Below are positions 59,568-62,966 of a DNA stretch of 62,966 bases, piece after piece. A program made the translations under genes and the position numbers. The DNA is taken from assembly GCA_017412675.1 (NCBI GenBank), contig JAFPWV010000056.1, positions 1 through 62,966 of the forward strand. Reading direction: 5' to 3'. Positions within the stretch are counted from its first letter, which is position 1. Each line of letters opens with the position of its first letter. The stretch is from Clostridia bacterium. Lineage in GTDB: Bacteria; Bacillota; Clostridia; Oscillospirales; CAG-272. The notes under the pieces are model-generated. The model saw nothing but the letters and a program-made list of their open reading frames with translations, did not search any database and was not told where the DNA came from.

Positions 59568-59684
59568 ACAAGTAAATAGAGTAGAGTAATATTATAAGAG
59601 TAACATGAGGGGAGTGAGAGAACGCGCGCCGCAGAGGGCGAACAGAGACGGGTTCGGATGGACCATCGCAGGGATCCGCCCATG

Positions 59685-59710
59685 AAAAAAGGACCTCATC
59701 GGTCCCTTTT
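59685..59710 (-). terminator. intrinsic terminator after spoIVA
   Basis: GGACC/GGTCC stem flanked by A and T runs. Confidence 0.75.
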
Positions 59711-61219
59711 TCACAAGATGATGCAGATCAGCCCCTGGCTGCCTTCGTTGATGATCTTCGAGAGGGTCTCGCCGAATTTCTGGCGGGCGTCCTCGGGGAT
59801 ATGGCCGAGCTTCGCGTGGAGACCGTCGTTCACGAGCTCGTAGAGGCTCCGGCCGAACATGTTCGACTGCCAGAGGCTCGCGGGATCGCTCTCGAACTCC
59901 TCCATGAGGTAATTGACCATCTCCTCGGACTGCTCCTCCGTTCCGACGATCGGGTTGATCTCCGCCCCGATCTCTGCGCGGATCATGTGGATCGACGGTG
60001 CGGACGCCCTCAGCCGCACGCCGTAGCTCCCCGCCTGCTTCATGATCTGCGGCTCCTCCAGCGTGAGGTCCCCGGCCTCCGGCATGACGATCCCGTACCC
60101 GCGCTCGTTCACCGCGGCGATGGCGTCCCGGTAGCGGTCGTACTCCCGCTTCGTCTCGGACAGGCGGTTCAGGGCGCCGAGCAGCTCCTCCTCGTCCTTC
60201 ATGGGGATCCCCGTCATCTCGGAGATCGTCGCATAATAGAGACTGTCCGGCAGGGTCACCGTCAGCGTCGCAGAACCCCGTCCGGCATCCGTTTCGGTCA
60301 CCTCGACCCGGGCCTCGGCGGGATCCGATCCCCCGGCCGCCACGGTCTTCGCGATCCCCTCTCCCAGCGACTCGGCGAACGCGCCCCGGATATCGGAGAG
60401 CCGCTTCATCTTCTTCGACGCCGCCGTCACCGCCTCCCGCAGTCCGACGGTCAGCCGGTGGTCGGGCGGCAGGATCCCGGTCCACGCGGGCAGGATGATG
60501 TCCGCCTCCTTGGCCGGGAATTCGCCGAGCAGCATCCCGAGAATGTGCCAGATATCCTCCGCGTCGAGATCGAGGCAGTTCACCAAGGCGACCGGCGCGC
60601 CGTACTTCTCCTCGAGACGTTCGGCCAGGCGCACCGCTTCCGGCGTCTCGGGGCGGGCGGAATTGAGGATGACGGCGTAGGGCTTGCCGAGCTCGGACAG
60701 CTCCGCCGCGATCCGCTCCTCCGCGCCGACGTAGTTCTCCCGGGGGAGGTCCCCGATCGTGCCGTCCGTCGTGACGAGCATCCCGACGGTCGCGTGCTCG
60801 GCGATGACCTTGTGCGTCCCCTCCTCGGCGGCCTCCTCGAACGGGACGGGCGCGGGATGCCAGGGCGTGTTCACCATGCGCGCCTCCCCGTCCTCGGTCC
60901 CGCCCATCGCCTCCGGGATCATGTAGCCGACGCAGTCGACCATCTTGACGCAGAGCCCGACGCCGTCGATGTCGACGCGGACCCCCTCGTCCGGGATGAA
61001 CTTCGGTTCGGTCGTCATGACCGTTCTTCCCCCGGCGGACTGCGGCAGCTCGTCGCGCGCTCTCGCCCGATCGGCCTCGTCGGTAATGTTCGGCAGGACG
61101 ACGGACTCCATGAACCGCTTGATGAAGGTGCTCTTCCCCGTCCTCACGGGTCCGACCACGCCGATGTAAACGTCTCCGTGCGTCCGCTCCGCGATATCGC
61201 GATAAATCGAATCAGTCAA
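59711..61219 (-). CDS. spoIVA: stage IV sporulation protein A
   Basis: IYRDIAERT.GDVYIGVVGPVRTGKSTFIKRFM, TTEPKF, C-terminal GLICIIL; TTG start after GGAGG. Confidence 0.97.
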   Translation of the reverse strand: MTDSIYRDIAERTHGDVYIGVVGPVRTGKSTFIKRFMESVVLPNITDEADRARARDELPQSAGGRTVMTTEPKFIPDEGVRVDIDGVGLCVKMVDCVGYMIPEAMGGTEDGEARMVNTPWHPAPVPFEEAAEEGTHKVIAEHATVGMLVTTDGTIGDLPRENYVGAEERIAAELSELGKPYAVILNSARPETPEAVRLAERLEEKYGAPVALVNCLDLDAEDIWHILGMLLGEFPAKEADIILPAWTGILPPDHRLTVGLREAVTAASKKMKRLSDIRGAFAESLGEGIAKTVAAGGSDPAEARVEVTETDAGRGSATLTVTLPDSLYYATISEMTGIPMKDEEELLGALNRLSETKREYDRYRDAIAAVNERGYGIVMPEAGDLTLEEPQIMKQAGSYGVRLRASAPSIHMIRAEIGAEINPIVGTEEQSEEMVNYLMEEFESDPASLWQSNMFGRSLYELVNDGLHAKLGHIPEDARQKFGETLSKIINEGSQGLICIIL

Positions 61220-61253
61220 AACAAAAACCTCCGTGTGCTTTCCTGTGCGGTAC

Positions 61254-61282
61254 AGCTTATGCACGCGGAGGTTTGAATATGC
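61254..61282 (-). promoter_or_regulatory. sigma-E type promoter of spoIVA
   Basis: GCATATT-14-CATAAGCT matches the sigma-E consensus (TCATATT-14-CATAcanT). Confidence 0.7.
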
Positions 61283-61298
61283 AGGGGATCGGCGCGAT

Positions 61299-62966
61299 TT
61301 ATCCGAAGAGGGAGAGCTGGTTCGTCTGCGACATGCCGGCGAGCGCGCCGTTCTTTTCGAGCAGCTCGAGCACGCTTTTCGAGACCTTCGCCTTCGCGCG
61401 CAGATCGTCCACGGACCAGACCTCGCCGGAGTTCATCGCGTTCATGATGCTCTCCGCGACGCTCGTGCCGAGGCCGGGCAGGCTGGAGAACGGCAGGCGG
61501 ATCTTTCCGGATTCGGGCAGGAATTTCGTCGCGTGGGATTTCTTGATGTCCACGGGCAAGAAGTCGTACCCCCGCTCGTAGTATTCGTTCACGAGCTGCA
61601 GGGCGTCCCGCACGTCGGCCTCGGTCGCGGACAGGTCGCTGCGCTTTTTCAGATCGGAATAGACCTCCCGGACGTGACGCCGCCCGCCCATGACGATCTC
61701 CCCGTCGAAGCCGTCGGGCGCCGCCGTGAAGTAGGCCGCATAGAATTCCACCGGGTAGTGGATCTTATACCACATCAGGCGCACGGCGTCGATCGCGTAG
61801 GCCGCGGCATGGGCCTTCGGGAACATGTACCGGATCTTCTGCAGCGAGTCGATGTACCACTGCGGCACGTTCTGCGCGTGCATGGCGTCCTGCATGTCCT
61901 GCGGGATCACGAGGCCCTTCTTGTTCTTGCGCACGAACTCCATGATCTTGAAGGCGAGGGACTTCTCCACCCCGTACTTGTGGATCAGGGTCATCATGAT
62001 GTCGTCGCGGCACCCGATGACCTCGGAGATGGTGCAGATCCCCTGCTCGATCAGCTCGTCCGCGTTCCCCTGCCAGACGCCCGTCCCGTGGGTCAGGCCC
62101 TGGATCTGGAGTAGGTCCGCGAAGGACTTCGGCTGCGCCTTCATCAGAACCTTCCGGGACAGGGGGGTGCCGAGTTCCGGTAGCCCGAGCGTGGAGGTCT
62201 GGGCGTCGATCCGCTCCGGGTCCACCCCGATGGGGGCGGTGGAGGTCAGGCCCTCGTAGAGCAGCGGCTCGGACAGCGGAACGTCCGTGACGAGGACGCC
62301 GGAGTATTCTTCAAGCCTCTTGTATTTCGTCGGGATATCGTGGCCGAGGATGTCGAGCTTCAAAATCGTGTCGTGCAGGTACTTGAACTCGAAGTGGGTC
62401 GTGATGATGTCGGAGTTCGGGTCGTCGGCCGGGTGCTGGATCGGGCAGAAATCGTAGACCTCGTATTCCGCCGGAACGACGATGACGCCGCCGGGGTGCT
62501 GACCGGTCGTACGCTTGGTGCCGAGGCAGCCGCTTATCAGCCGGTCCATCTCCGCGCGATTGACCGAAATGCCCTTCTTTTCGAGGAATTTCGCCGCGAA
62601 GCCGTAGGCCGTCTTGTCCGCGAGCGTGCCGATGGTCCCGGCCTTGAACGCGTGGCCGACGCCGAAGAGGACTTCGGTGAACTTGTGGGCCGCGGCCTGC
62701 ACGTCGCCGGAGAAGTTGAGGTCGATGTCCGGGGTCTTGTCGCCCTTGAAGCCGAGGAAGGTCTCAAAGGGGATGTCGTGCCCGTCCTGATCGCACGGCG
62801 TGCCGCACACGGGACAGACCTTCGGCGGAAGATCGAACCCGGAGCCGACCTCGCCGTTCGTGAAGAACTCGGACCAGCGGCACTTCGGGCAGCGGTAGTG
62901 CGGCGGGAGCGGATTGACCCGGGTGATCCCCGCCATGGTCGCCGCGAAGGACGAGCCGACGGAGCC
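61299..62966 (-). CDS. polC: DNA polymerase III PolC, C-terminal part (5' end outside the window)
   Basis: GSVGSS, VNPLPPHYRC, PDIDLNFSG, GQHPGG, KLDILGH, YMFPKAHA, NQLSLF. Confidence 0.97.
   Translation of the reverse strand, partial: GSVGSSFAATMAGITRVNPLPPHYRCPKCRWSEFFTNGEVGSGFDLPPKVCPVCGTPCDQDGHDIPFETFLGFKGDKTPDIDLNFSGDVQAAAHKFTEVLFGVGHAFKAGTIGTLADKTAYGFAAKFLEKKGISVNRAEMDRLISGCLGTKRTTGQHPGGVIVVPAEYEVYDFCPIQHPADDPNSDIITTHFEFKYLHDTILKLDILGHDIPTKYKRLEEYSGVLVTDVPLSEPLLYEGLTSTAPIGVDPERIDAQTSTLGLPELGTPLSRKVLMKAQPKSFADLLQIQGLTHGTGVWQGNADELIEQGICTISEVIGCRDDIMMTLIHKYGVEKSLAFKIMEFVRKNKKGLVIPQDMQDAMHAQNVPQWYIDSLQKIRYMFPKAHAAAYAIDAVRLMWYKIHYPVEFYAAYFTAAPDGFDGEIVMGGRRHVREVYSDLKKRSDLSATEADVRDALQLVNEYYERGYDFLPVDIKKSHATKFLPESGKIRLPFSSLPGLGTSVAESIMNAMNSGEVWSVDDLRAKAKVSKSVLELLEKNGALAGMSQTNQLSLFG

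Noticed and set aside
59320-59589. 89-aa ORF (and antisense 68-aa ORF) across the repeat array
   Set aside because: The frame is open only because the repeat unit lacks stops in it. There is no clear RBS, so it is not called as a gene, though a rep-gene relic is not excluded.

Overview
A high-GC core-chromosome segment of a spore-forming Clostridia-like (Bacillota) bacterium, with most genes on the - strand. It contains a family-5 ABC substrate-binding lipoprotein (partial), a lysine-riboswitch-controlled dapA-dapB-ddh operon, metY-metA, the yicC-remA-gmk-rpoZ-priA-def-fmt-(Zn peptidase)-rsmB-rlmN-stp-prkC-rsgA-thiN-spoVM cluster, the nusB-(TsaD-like)-xseAB-ispA-tlyA-nadK-argR-recN-tyrS-HAD-murB-whiA-dnaE run, secA with two membrane genes, trmL, cls, spoIVA and the 3' part of polC. 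I saw no tRNA, rRNA, CRISPR array or transposase. Main observations: (1) none of the 56 called genes with a visible stop ends in TAG (41 TGA, 15 TAA by my manual count), while a J-domain/TPR/Cys-rich gene carries one in-frame TAG followed by a stem-loop. This is a candidate for amber recoding or read-through, although a simple nonsense mutation is not excluded. (2) That gene lies in an uncharacterised DUF5685-like (DDxxD x2)/J-domain/membrane operon with an upstream 11-bp direct repeat. (3) A 10 x 23-bp palindromic tandem array followed by an AT-rich tract lies between spoIVA and cls. (4) There is a 25-aa spoVM missed by the ORF track. Family names come from motif recognition; no database searches were run.
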